This document shows positions 1-8,753 of a stretch of DNA of 45,277 nucleotides, piece by piece. The notes under the pieces are model-generated. The model was not told the DNA's origin, searched no databases, and saw only the letters and a program-made list of their open reading frames with translations. Within the stretch, counting starts at the first letter, position 1; the number at the start of each line of letters is the position of its first letter. The stretch is taken from positions 1-45,277 of the IMG/VR virus record IMGVR_UViG_3300036773_000125, one strand, 5' to 3'. A program made the translations under genes and the position numbers. Source of the DNA: a virus (taxonomy: Duplodnaviria; Caudoviricetes).

Positions 1-127
1 GCCGTGCCGGAGGTCGACGGGTTGAAGAAACAGCTCGCGCGATACGTCGCGCCGGCTGTGAGCCCGGTGATCATCGCGGTGGACACGAGCCCGCTGGGGG
101 TGGTGTTCTGCGTGCTGGTTGCCTTGC
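1..127. repeat. Terminal direct repeat (identical to 45151-45277); circular-assembly overlap
   Basis: First 127 nt match the last 127 nt exactly. The repeat lies inside a reading frame that continues across the junction, and 127 is a common assembler k-mer length. Confidence 0.95.
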
Positions 128-755
128 CCGCGTTCACGGTGCCCATGGCGCCGCCGGCGCCGACCCCCACCGTGGCCGCGTTGACGGCTGACCAGCCGCT
201 CGCGTCGACCTCGAACAGCGGGTTGATGGTCAGGTTTCCGGGCCCGAAATCCAGACCAGTCACGGAGTTCTGCGGCACGCCGGTGGTGATGATCTGCCAC
301 TCGGTCTCGTACCAACGCGGGTCCGGGCTCGCGAACTGCATCGAGATCTCGAAACCTGGATCTTGGTTGTCGATCCACTTCGGCAAGATATCGCCATCGC
401 GAGCGACGTAGGTCACCAGGCCACCGGTCGGCGTCTGGTAGACGAGCGGGTACAGCCGACTGGTGTCCTGGCAGAGCGCGAGCGCCTTACGGAACGCGCG
501 CTCGGCCGCCGCCCAGTCGTCGTGCCGGGCGTAGCCGCGGATGACAAGCGTGCCGCCGCCCTTTTCGACCTGCCCCGGGATCCAATACGAGCCCGGCCGC
601 TGGAACTTCGGGCTGTACTGCGTGGTGGGCGCGGCGGCCGAACGCGGGTCACTGTCCGGGGTGAGAATCCACTGGATACCGTCAGCGTCCCGGACGCCAT
701 CGGTGTTCATCGTAATGCCGTCCAGCGACCAGACGGGCGGTGCGTGCGTCCCCAC
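1..755 (-). CDS. Distal tail (Dit-like) minor tail protein, N-terminal part (continues across the junction to 44544; about 453 aa total)
   Basis: Hand translation from GTG at 755 (RBS AGAAGGGAG): MGTHAPPVWSLDG...FEISMQFASPDPRWYETEW. It is in frame with ORF 44544..45236, lies directly downstream of the tape measure, and has a DPxWY motif typical of Dit proteins. Confidence 0.8.
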   Translation of the reverse strand, partial: MGTHAPPVWSLDGITMNTDGVRDADGIQWILTPDSDPRSAAAPTTQYSPKFQRPGSYWIPGQVEKGGGTLVIRGYARHDDWAAAERAFRKALALCQDTSRLYPLVYQTPTGGLVTYVARDGDILPKWIDNQDPGFEISMQFASPDPRWYETEWQIITTGVPQNSVTGLDFGPGNLTINPLFEVDASGWSAVNAATVGVGAGGAMGTVNAGKATSTQNTTPSGLVSTAMITGLTAGATYRASCFFNPSTSGT

Positions 756-816
756 GGGGGCTCCCTTCTGGAGGGCCGGACAGCGCGCGCCCTGGTGAGA
801 GGACGCGCGCCGCAGG

Positions 817-3800
817 TCAGAGCTTACGGAGCGAGTGCACGACGTAGCGCGAGGCGTTGCGGCCGAGCGCAGATTCGTCCATGCCGGGCGCCGGGTTGAT
901 GGTCTGGTTGACCACCACGCCGTCGTTGCCGTACGACCGGTCCCGGACGGCCAGCTGGCCGCTGTCGCGTCCCACGCGAGCCATGGCGGCCTCGAACGCG
1001 CGGGTCTGTGGCGGCGACAACACACGCTCAGGTTCGAGCGTGTTCTTGGCCATGAAACCGATGCCGTTGGCGAGCCCGCCCGCGTCGTACCAGTGGGGAC
1101 TGCGTGACTGCCACGCTGCCCACGCGCTGATCGGGTCGCCGTACTTGCCCTTGATGTAGTTCAGGCCCCACTGGCTTTGGCCCTGGATCGTGGGCTCAAG
1201 AGCACCGTGGATGCTGGTCATCTTCTGGAACAGGCCACCGGCCGACGACTTCGGGTTGAAGATGGTCGGGTCCCAGCCGGACTCGTGCTGGATCAGCTGC
1301 TGGAGCGCTGCCCACTCGGAGCCTTCACCCCAGCCGAACGCCTGCGCGACCGCGCGCACCGCGGCGATGACTTCCGGGCTGCCGGCGATCGCGATGCTGG
1401 TCGAGCCCAACATCGCCGTCAGCTTGTCGACGCCTACCTTGCTCAGCGCGTCGATCGCCTGGTGCATCATCCCGGAACCCGCGGTAGCGGCCCGGTTGCC
1501 CGGCCACATGTCCGCGATGGTGTTCGTCCTCGCCAGCGTGTCGGCGAAGGCCGCCGCCATGATCGAGTTCGGGTCAGCGCCCGGCCCGCCACCGGGCACG
1601 AACTGCCCGCCGACGACCGGCAGTGACGCGCGGCCGGTGAACTGGCCGCTGTCGGCACCGGCCGCCCGGCCGCCCACGAGCACGGGCACGCCGAACGTCT
1701 GAGCCTCGCCGTTAAGCCCGCCGAGCGTGAGCGCGGTGTGGCTGCCGTTGTATCCCGTGGCGAACGCGCTGCTGAGCCCCGGCACGAAGCCGCCCCACGG
1801 CTGTGAGGCCGCGGTGCCGAGACGTGTGTACGGGTTGGTGGCGCCGCGGAGCACGTTCGTGACCGCGGACACCAGGCCGGAGCAGTCGTACCCGTACGGG
1901 CCGACACCGCCCCAGACGTAAGGCTTGCCGGCCTGCGCCCGCAGGAACTGCTGCCCGCGCACCACGGTGGCGTTCAGCTGCGAGCCCGTATCCGCCGTGA
2001 CCGCGCCGCCCGTTGCGAACCGGCGGATGCCGGCCGCTTCGAGCGCTTCTGGCTGGCCGGCGTTGAGCGCGTCCAGGAACGGCCGCGCCCGCTTGGCAAT
2101 CTTGGCCCGCACCACGAACTCGTTGTTGCTAAGCAGCGCCGCGATGCTGTCGGACGTGTCCGTGCCCGGCCCGCTGACGAAGCCGCCGGACGCGAACGCG
2201 ACCGGCACCGGTGCGACCGGCTGGCCGAGCGCGAAGTCCGTGTTCAGCTGGTTCCACGCAGTGATCAAACCGGCGTTGAACGGGCCGTTGAGCACGTACC
2301 GGATGGGGTCCGCAGCCGCCGCGCTGATGCGGCCGAACTGGCTGACGGCCCAGTCACCCGTGGCGGCCATGGCTGCGCGCAAGCTGCTCAGCCCGACCAG
2401 CAGCGCGTTGATCGCTGCCAGCTGCCCGTTGGTCGACGCCCACACCGCGGTCTGGATCGTCGCCCAGCTGTAGGCCGTCTGCTGCTGCAACAGCGTCTGG
2501 CTGGCCGCGATGGCAGTGTCGGCCGCTGCGGTCGCCGTGGTGATCTGCAACCAGTACGCCACGGTGTCGGCGACCAGCAGCGCGAGTTGCGCGTTGAGCG
2601 CGGCCACCAGTGCCGTGACCGTCGCGGCCACGTCGCCGAGATTGGCGAGCGATCCGACGTCGATCGTCAGCGAGGTGTTCGCACCGGCGACCGCGCCGGC
2701 CGCACCGGTCCCGACGAGACCGCCATCGGCGTACTTGTTCCGATTCAGCTGCTCCAGCAGGCCGCGGTTCTTGGCCGTGCTCGCCGCGTTCACCACGAAC
2801 TCGCCGTTGGACAGCAAGCTCGGGATCACGTCGTCGCGCGGGCCGCCCGGACCGGAGATGTAACCGCCGTCCGCGTTGCCCAGCGGATTGGTGAAGCCGG
2901 GCGCGAACAGGTTGCCGCCCGCCGCGGGGTTCGCCGACTGGTTGCTGAAGATGAAGCCCAGCACCTGACCGAGCGGGTTGTCCGTGATGACCTTGCCGAT
3001 GGTGCGCAAGATCCCCTTGACGCCATCGGAGAACCACTTCCACACGGACGACCAGTCAATGTCGAACATCGCTTCAAGGAACTGGCGGACCGGCGACGGC
3101 AGAATGAAACCCACGATGTTGACAAACAACTGGCCAATGCCCGTGGAGAACCAACCCCAGATACTCGCCCAGTCGATGTTGAACATGCCCTTGAGCGCGT
3201 CCGGAACCCATCCGAGACCGATGGCATTGAGAATGCCCTGGATAATGCCCCAGATGCCGTCAGAGAATCCCTTTTGGATACTCGCCCAGTCCCAACCCTT
3301 GAGTAGATTGGTGAACCAGGTGATGGCGGACTGAATCGTGCCGATCAACCAGCCAAGACCCTCGATCACCCACAGCACCATCCGGCCCAGCACGCCGATA
3401 ACCACGCCCAGTTCGAAGAAGAACTGCTGGCCTTCTGTGGTGTTCATCCAATCGACGAACTTCTGGAGCGTGTTGCTCAACGTGTCCAGGAAGCCGGACT
3501 GCTTGACGCCGGTGGCCAGCGAGCCGATCACCTTCACGGCCGCGCCGGTGAGCTTGAAAACCCACCCGACAACTTCCTTGATCGTATCAACGGCGCCCGT
3601 CATCCAATCCTTGAGCTTGCCGCTGTCCTTCATTTCCTTGACCCAATCGGCAAACGCCTGCACAGCGTCGCCGATCGCAGGCACCACGGTGTCCTTGAGC
3701 ACGCCGGAACCGACGTCTGCCAGATCCAGGAAGCTGCTCACCAGCGGCGTGAGAATCTTGCCGAGATCGCGGAGAATGCCTGCCGTGTTTTCCAGCACGG

Positions 3801-5781
3801 TGTTGATCGATGCTTTGTTTTCCGGCTGGATCAACAGGTCGACGAGTTCTTTGGCAGCGTCGTTCGCCGCAGAGGCGATGTTGCCCAGCCCTGTCTCGAC
3901 CAAGGGCAGGTAGTTGTCCGCGAGGATACCAAGCTGCTTGTCCAGACCGCTGAACAGAGCGTCCTGAATGGACTTCTGCACCCGGTCCCACGCCGGCTTG
4001 AGCGCGTATACCTGATCGAGGAACGCTTTCGCGTTCGGCGACAGCGCGGCCAGCGCCGTGTTGAGCGCCTGCTGGCTCGTCGACATCTGGCTCATGGCGT
4101 CGGCCGCGTTCCGGTTGGCCTGTGCCAACGCAGTCTGCGCGTCCGTGATGGACCTTTGCGACTGCAAAGCCGATTGGTCAGCCGCCTGCTGGGCAGCGGA
4201 CACCGCGTCCGTGGCGTCGGCCAGCCGCTGCGCGTTCTGCTGCGCCTGGTACGACTGGGCGTCACGCGCGTCGGCCAGCTGCTGCTCGGCCCGCGCCACG
4301 CTGTCGGTGGCCGCCGCCACCTGGTCGTTGGCCTGCACACCCTTGGTGGCGTACGCCTGCTGCTGGGCGGCCAGGTCCGAGTTGCTGGCTGCCGTCTGGT
4401 CGACCTGGAGTTGAGCACGCTTGAGCGCGATCTGGTACCGCTCCAGCTCCGCACCGCCGATGCCCTGCGCGGTCGCGTCGCTCAATGTCTGCTGCGCGTC
4501 CGCGAGGTTCAGAGCCGCCTCGCTGGCGTCCAGCGCGCCGCCACGCAGTTGCAGGTTCAGGTCCCGCTGGGCCTTGTTCGCGTCGGAGATGGCTTTCGCG
4601 AGGTCATCGAGCGCGACGTTGCGCGCCTTCTCCGCGTCGATCACGGCGCGCTGGGCCTGGACCTCCGCACGGGCGGCATCCGCCACCGCGCGCGTCTCCT
4701 GCTTCTTCGCGTCCGTCACGCGCGCCGACGCCTGGTCGGCCGCCGTCGCAGCGTCCGCGCGGGCACGCGACAGGCCAAGCTCGGCCGAGCGCACGCCATC
4801 GGCCGCGGCCTGCTGGGCCTTGGCCGCGGCCTCTGCGTCCTTGACGGCCGACTGCTGGGCCTTGCCCATGGCGTCGAACGCGTCGCTCACACCCATCGTG
4901 CCGACGGCTATCGCGGCCAGTCCGGCCCCGCCGACCGCGAGCGCACCCGGAATCAGCAGCAGCGCGCCGGACGCCGTGAGCGCGGCGTCAGCCAGCCCGA
5001 TGATGCTCGCGGCGGCTGCCGCACCCACCGAGACGATCGCGCCGATGGCGAGCGCCGCGGCGACCAGGGACAGAATCGGCCCGCCGGCCGACGACGCCGC
5101 GCCGGCGACGTTGCCGAAAGCCGCCACACCTTCGCTGCCGCTCTTGGTGAATGCGCCACCGGCGTCGGACGCCGCGCTGCCTACGGAGACAGCGCTCTTG
5201 AACAGCCCGCCGAAGGTGTCGCCCAGCTTGCTGAGCACCTTGATCGCGCTGCCCGCGTCGTTCGAGACGTTGCTGATCGAGCGCGCGTTGAACAGGTCCG
5301 TGTCCTTATTGGACTTGTTGTTGCGCGCCGCGAGCAGCTTGGACTCTGCGTTGCGCAGATCGTTCACGGCCGACGAGCTGTTGCGCCGCGCCTGCGACAC
5401 CTTCAGCTCGGCCGCGGCGGCCTGGCTGCTGTTCTCGCCCGACTTCGCGCGCGTCTCGCTGAGCGCCTTCTCCGAGATCTCGACACGCTTGGCCGCATCC
5501 TCCGACTGGGCCCGGGAGCTGACCAGGTTTTTCTCGGCCGACTGGATGTCACGCAGGGCCGCGGCAACAGATGCCTCGGCCTGCTTGACACGAACGTCGA
5601 CGTTGATCGTCGGAGACTTGCGGCCAAGCGCGTCGATCTTGCGGGCGGCCTGCGTGGTGTTCGCGTCAACCTGGATCGACGGGTTGAACCCCTTCAGGTC
5701 CGCCGCCAGCTTCCGGTGGAACCCCGCCATCGACGGAACGACGTCCAGTGTCGCCGTTCCCGCGGTGTACGTGTTCGCCAT
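817..5781 (-). CDS. Tape measure protein with C-terminal NlpC/P60 and lytic transglycosylase-like domains
   Basis: 1654 aa, Ala-rich coiled coil with a hydrophobic central region, after the tail chaperones. GKPYVWGG...DCSGL is NlpC/P60-like and LIQHESGW...SSAGGLFQ is SLT/Rpf-like. Confidence 0.95.
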   Translation of the reverse strand: MANTYTAGTATLDVVPSMAGFHRKLAADLKGFNPSIQVDANTTQAARKIDALGRKSPTINVDVRVKQAEASVAAALRDIQSAEKNLVSSRAQSEDAAKRVEISEKALSETRAKSGENSSQAAAAELKVSQARRNSSSAVNDLRNAESKLLAARNNKSNKDTDLFNARSISNVSNDAGSAIKVLSKLGDTFGGLFKSAVSVGSAASDAGGAFTKSGSEGVAAFGNVAGAASSAGGPILSLVAAALAIGAIVSVGAAAAASIIGLADAALTASGALLLIPGALAVGGAGLAAIAVGTMGVSDAFDAMGKAQQSAVKDAEAAAKAQQAAADGVRSAELGLSRARADAATAADQASARVTDAKKQETRAVADAARAEVQAQRAVIDAEKARNVALDDLAKAISDANKAQRDLNLQLRGGALDASEAALNLADAQQTLSDATAQGIGGAELERYQIALKRAQLQVDQTAASNSDLAAQQQAYATKGVQANDQVAAATDSVARAEQQLADARDAQSYQAQQNAQRLADATDAVSAAQQAADQSALQSQRSITDAQTALAQANRNAADAMSQMSTSQQALNTALAALSPNAKAFLDQVYALKPAWDRVQKSIQDALFSGLDKQLGILADNYLPLVETGLGNIASAANDAAKELVDLLIQPENKASINTVLENTAGILRDLGKILTPLVSSFLDLADVGSGVLKDTVVPAIGDAVQAFADWVKEMKDSGKLKDWMTGAVDTIKEVVGWVFKLTGAAVKVIGSLATGVKQSGFLDTLSNTLQKFVDWMNTTEGQQFFFELGVVIGVLGRMVLWVIEGLGWLIGTIQSAITWFTNLLKGWDWASIQKGFSDGIWGIIQGILNAIGLGWVPDALKGMFNIDWASIWGWFSTGIGQLFVNIVGFILPSPVRQFLEAMFDIDWSSVWKWFSDGVKGILRTIGKVITDNPLGQVLGFIFSNQSANPAAGGNLFAPGFTNPLGNADGGYISGPGGPRDDVIPSLLSNGEFVVNAASTAKNRGLLEQLNRNKYADGGLVGTGAAGAVAGANTSLTIDVGSLANLGDVAATVTALVAALNAQLALLVADTVAYWLQITTATAAADTAIAASQTLLQQQTAYSWATIQTAVWASTNGQLAAINALLVGLSSLRAAMAATGDWAVSQFGRISAAAADPIRYVLNGPFNAGLITAWNQLNTDFALGQPVAPVPVAFASGGFVSGPGTDTSDSIAALLSNNEFVVRAKIAKRARPFLDALNAGQPEALEAAGIRRFATGGAVTADTGSQLNATVVRGQQFLRAQAGKPYVWGGVGPYGYDCSGLVSAVTNVLRGATNPYTRLGTAASQPWGGFVPGLSSAFATGYNGSHTALTLGGLNGEAQTFGVPVLVGGRAAGADSGQFTGRASLPVVGGQFVPGGGPGADPNSIMAAAFADTLARTNTIADMWPGNRAATAGSGMMHQAIDALSKVGVDKLTAMLGSTSIAIAGSPEVIAAVRAVAQAFGWGEGSEWAALQQLIQHESGWDPTIFNPKSSAGGLFQKMTSIHGALEPTIQGQSQWGLNYIKGKYGDPISAWAAWQSRSPHWYDAGGLANGIGFMAKNTLEPERVLSPPQTRAFEAAMARVGRDSGQLAVRDRSYGNDGVVVNQTINPAPGMDESALGRNASRYVVHSLRKL

Positions 5782-6226
5782 CGAGGATCACCGCCTGCCC
5801 TTCGTGCTCGCGAATCGTCTGCTCGAACTGTTCCGTGGTGACGAACTTGAACGAGTTTTCCAGCGCTCGGAACGATCTCTGCGTGTTCCGGGCGATCACT
5901 TCATCGCGTGCACTACGCGGCCGGGGCATCTTGTGTACGCGCGCCTTGGCCGTCGAACCGGTGTTCAGGTGGTTGTTCACCTGCAACAGCTCGATGATCG
6001 TTTTCAGCGCGCCCAGCTCCGGTGACTCTTCGATAAACGGCGGGGGCGCCGATGGCCCATCGTCGCCCAGCCCGTTCTCTTCGACCAAGGCGATGTCGGT
6101 AACCATTGCCTCGTAAAGGAAACTGGTCGACATGCGGCTGAAGCCGTCGACCAGGTTCAGCAGCGTCTGCCAGGATTCCTCACCGCGCTCGAACATGGAC
6201 AGGCGGTACGTCGTGCGCACCGCCAA
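5666..6226 (-). CDS. Tail assembly chaperone, second (gpT-like) frame
   Basis: Lies between chaperone 1 and the tape measure. The frame is open upstream into chaperone 1 (LASLLARWGDAVELDLAVRTTY) and has no obvious RBS of its own. Confidence 0.7.
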   Translation of the reverse strand: MAVRTTYRLSMFERGEESWQTLLNLVDGFSRMSTSFLYEAMVTDIALVEENGLGDDGPSAPPPFIEESPELGALKTIIELLQVNNHLNTGSTAKARVHKMPRPRSARDEVIARNTQRSFRALENSFKFVTTEQFEQTIREHEGQAVILDGEHVHRGNGDTGRRSVDGGVPPEAGGGPEGVQPVDPG

Positions 6227-6242
6227 GTCCAGTTCGACCGCG

Positions 6243-6611
6243 TCACCCCACCGGGCCAGAAGACTTGCCAGCCTGGTCCTTGAGCGCCTGCATGTTGCGA
6301 AAGAACTCCTGGACCTCGTTCAGCAGACCCATCAGCTCACCGACCTTCAGCTGACCGAGCACAGCCCACGCGGCCTCGAAGTCCAGCTCACCGACCAGCA
6401 GCCGCGTGAGCTGCTTCGCGCTGTCCTGCCCGCGCAGCTCCTCCAGCTCGTTGGCCGAGGCGTCCTGCGGGTCGCGGAAGGTGATGACGAAACGGTCCGG
6501 CGTGGTGCCTTCGTCGACGTCCAGCACTTCCGGCGCGCCGGGCAGCCCGGTGGCGTCGACCTCGTACACGTCCGCGGTGGCGGCTTTCAGGAACTCTCCG
6601 AGCTTGCGCAT
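6243..6611 (-). CDS. Tail assembly chaperone (gpG-like)
   Basis: 122-aa acidic ORF with RBS AGAAAGG, between the major tail and tape measure genes. Confidence 0.75.
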   Translation of the reverse strand: MRKLGEFLKAATADVYEVDATGLPGAPEVLDVDEGTTPDRFVITFRDPQDASANELEELRGQDSAKQLTRLLVGELDFEAAWAVLGQLKVGELMGLLNEVQEFFRNMQALKDQAGKSSGPVG

Positions 6612-6662
6612 GATGCGGCCTTTCTGTGTTTCCGGGTTGAGTCCACTGTAGACGTAGACTGG

Positions 6663-6693
6663 TGACCGTCCGGGGTCGGGGCCCGGACGGTCA
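6663..6693 (-). other. Intergenic RNA hairpin (12-bp stem)
   Basis: tgaccgtccggg (6663-6674) and cccggacggtca (6682-6693) form a perfect inverted repeat with no U-tract. Confidence 0.6.
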
Positions 6694-6698
6694 ACGGC

Positions 6699-6941
6699 TC
6701 ACGCCTCGACTGGCTTCTGTGCCGCGGCGCCGCGGGGCGGCTTCTGCGGCAACTCGACCGGCTTCGACTCTTCCGCCTTGGCCAGTTCGGCCGCGCGTGC
6801 CTCGGAAGCCGCTCGCTCGTCCAGCTCGTCACGGGTGCGGTACCCGCGGGCACGCAAGCGGCCGGCTTCGGCCGGGCTGCCGACGACGAGCAGCTGGCCA
6901 TCGTCGGGGCTGATGAGTTCCGTCCTGAAATTGTTGTCCAT
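6699..6941 (-). CDS. Hypothetical protein in tail module (80 aa)
   Basis: ATG at 6941 with RBS AGAAAGG; MDNNFRTELISPDDGQ... Confidence 0.7.
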   Translation of the reverse strand: MDNNFRTELISPDDGQLLVVGSPAEAGRLRARGYRTRDELDERAASEARAAELAKAEESKPVELPQKPPRGAAAQKPVEA

Positions 6942-6976
6942 AATGGACCTTTCTGTTTCCGGGTTGGGTAAAGCGG

Positions 6977-7029
6977 GTCGACCGGCGGGAGACGCCACCC
7001 GGAAACGAAAAGCGCTCCCGCCGGTCGAC
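6977..7029 (-). promoter_or_regulatory. 15-bp stem-loop after major tail gene; loop complementary to the downstream translation-initiation region
   Basis: gtcgaccggcgggag (6977-6991) pairs with ctcccgccggtcgac (7015-7029). Loop bases 6997-7006 are the reverse complement of 6955-6964. Confidence 0.65.
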
Positions 7030-7032
7030 GTC

Positions 7033-7692
7033 TTAGGACTCGATGGTGTAACCCATCGCGTCGGCGTAGAGCAGCGCGCCCGGGCCGAAGATGAAGTTCG
7101 TGCCGAGCGTGCCGGTCACGTCGTCCGGGACTGCGTTGAGGGTGACCTGCCGGGTGATCGGGTCATCGCCGTTGGCCTCGACCACGTCGCCGGTGTCGCC
7201 GACAACGGCCTTGTGGTAGGCCGTGGCGAGGTAGACCAGCTCGGCACCGTCGTTGTCCGCGATGATCTCGACCGCGCGCCAGTACTGCACGGCCGGACGG
7301 TCCGGGATGTCGTACTTCAGCTCGCCGGCGATCGACATCTGGGCGCCGGACAGGTCGATGCCCTCGTGCAGCTCACGCGCCACCCGCCGGTCCTCGATCA
7401 TGGAGAACTGGAGCGACTTCTCGTCGGCCGTGATGTCCTGCCGGAGCACCGAAGTGGAGCCCCAGCCGTTGATCGCGGACAGCGTGCGGTTCTGCGCCTT
7501 GGTGGCGCCATCGGTGGACAGCCAGCCGGCCGACTCGTACGTGCCGGGCAGCTCGATCTGCCCGCCGGTCGCGACCAGCGTGGTGATCAGCGGTGCGGTG
7601 CCGTACTTGCCGACCAGCACGGCACCCTTGATGCCCTTGCGGATCAGCTGCGACTTGCGGTCCGCGATGCTCTCGAACGTTGCGGGGGCCAT
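7033..7692 (-). CDS. Major tail protein
   Basis: 219 aa; GWLSTDG...INGWGSTSVLRQDIT pattern typical of actinophage tail tube proteins; synteny. Confidence 0.88.
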   Translation of the reverse strand: MAPATFESIADRKSQLIRKGIKGAVLVGKYGTAPLITTLVATGGQIELPGTYESAGWLSTDGATKAQNRTLSAINGWGSTSVLRQDITADEKSLQFSMIEDRRVARELHEGIDLSGAQMSIAGELKYDIPDRPAVQYWRAVEIIADNDGAELVYLATAYHKAVVGDTGDVVEANGDDPITRQVTLNAVPDDVTGTLGTNFIFGPGALLYADAMGYTIES

Positions 7693-7696
7693 GGTT

Positions 7697-8119
7697 TTAC
7701 TCCCTTACCTGTTTCCTGGACACCAGGGCCCAGTTGCTGATGTCCCGACGAACGTCCTCTTGTTCGTAGGGCACTTGATTCGGCAGCAGCGCCATCGTGA
7801 TCCGGTCGAAGTAACCGGAATCGACGCGCACACCGTCAGGGCAAGCGAGCACGGCCCGCACTGCTTGGTTGAGCTGCTTTGCGTCGGTCCGCGTTTTCGC
7901 GAACGTCTGCACTTCCACGACTTCGGTCTGTTCCCAGCCCTGATCGTTGCTTGCGCCGTCCAAAATGGACACCACCGCGAACGGCACGTGCGCCTCATAT
8001 TCGTCCGGCTCGTCGATGCTGAAGTCGGGTGTGCGGAAGTAGATCCCCAGCCCGTCGATCGTCTCCAGCAGGTCAGCCACACCGTCTTCCCCGTCCGGGA
8101 ACACAAGCGGCGCGGTCAC
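7697..8119 (-). CDS. Tail terminator
   Basis: GTG at 8119 overlaps the upstream stop; 140 aa, VEVQTFAKTRTDAKQL motif; directly upstream of the major tail gene. Confidence 0.7.
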   Translation of the reverse strand: MTAPLVFPDGEDGVADLLETIDGLGIYFRTPDFSIDEPDEYEAHVPFAVVSILDGASNDQGWEQTEVVEVQTFAKTRTDAKQLNQAVRAVLACPDGVRVDSGYFDRITMALLPNQVPYEQEDVRRDISNWALVSRKQVRE

Positions 8120-8409
8120 TCGATCATCGCCCGGGTCATGAAACGGGTGCGCTTCGTCCGGGCGTTGCCGAACTGCAAGCCCACGGCATGGCCATCGAAC
8201 TGAATGCTGACGCCCATGCGATCCCGGCGGCCACCGGCACGCTGCATGTGGACCAGGCGCCCGCTGGCGGCCGTCTCGCCCGTGTCCTTGGGCACCGCGG
8301 CGCGCATCCGCGCGAGCTTGGCTCCCGCGGCCCGGGTGAGCGCGATCCGCAGCTGCGGGTTGGTGCGCAGGAACCGCCGCGTCTCCGCCGAGTTCCGCTG
8401 GTACCTCAT
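8116..8409 (-). CDS. Neck/tail-completion protein (HK97 gp10-like)
   Basis: 97-aa basic protein with AVPKDTGETAAS and QFGNAR motifs; synteny. Confidence 0.7.
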   Translation of the reverse strand: MRYQRNSAETRRFLRTNPQLRIALTRAAGAKLARMRAAVPKDTGETAASGRLVHMQRAGGRRDRMGVSIQFDGHAVGLQFGNARTKRTRFMTRAMIE

Positions 8410-8753
8410 CAGCCCACCACCCTCTTGAGTCGCTGCTCGTAACCCTCGAACGCGCCGTCAAGGCCGCGCCACAGGGCCGCGTCGCCGTCGCAGTGCCACA
8501 CCTGGCCTCGCACCCGGATCTTGTCCGATGCCCGCGGCACCGGCGCACCGGGCGGCGCGTACAGGATGGCTGTGGTGATCACTTGCGAGTCCAGGCCACC
8601 GCCGGCGCTGGACGCCTGAACACCGCCTTGCCCGGACGACGGCACGAACACGCAGTTCGCGATCGTCGCGACCGTGCCCAAAACGATGTCCTGATCGCGG
8701 CCCTCACGCGTTGCCCGCTGGATCTCCGCGGTCTCTGCCCCGTCCTCGATCAT
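8409..8753 (-). CDS. Head-to-tail stopper
   Basis: 114 aa; LYAPPG...SDKIRVRGQVWHCDG...W pattern; synteny. Confidence 0.75.
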   Translation of the reverse strand: MIEDGAETAEIQRATREGRDQDIVLGTVATIANCVFVPSSGQGGVQASSAGGGLDSQVITTAILYAPPGAPVPRASDKIRVRGQVWHCDGDAALWRGLDGAFEGYEQRLKRVVG

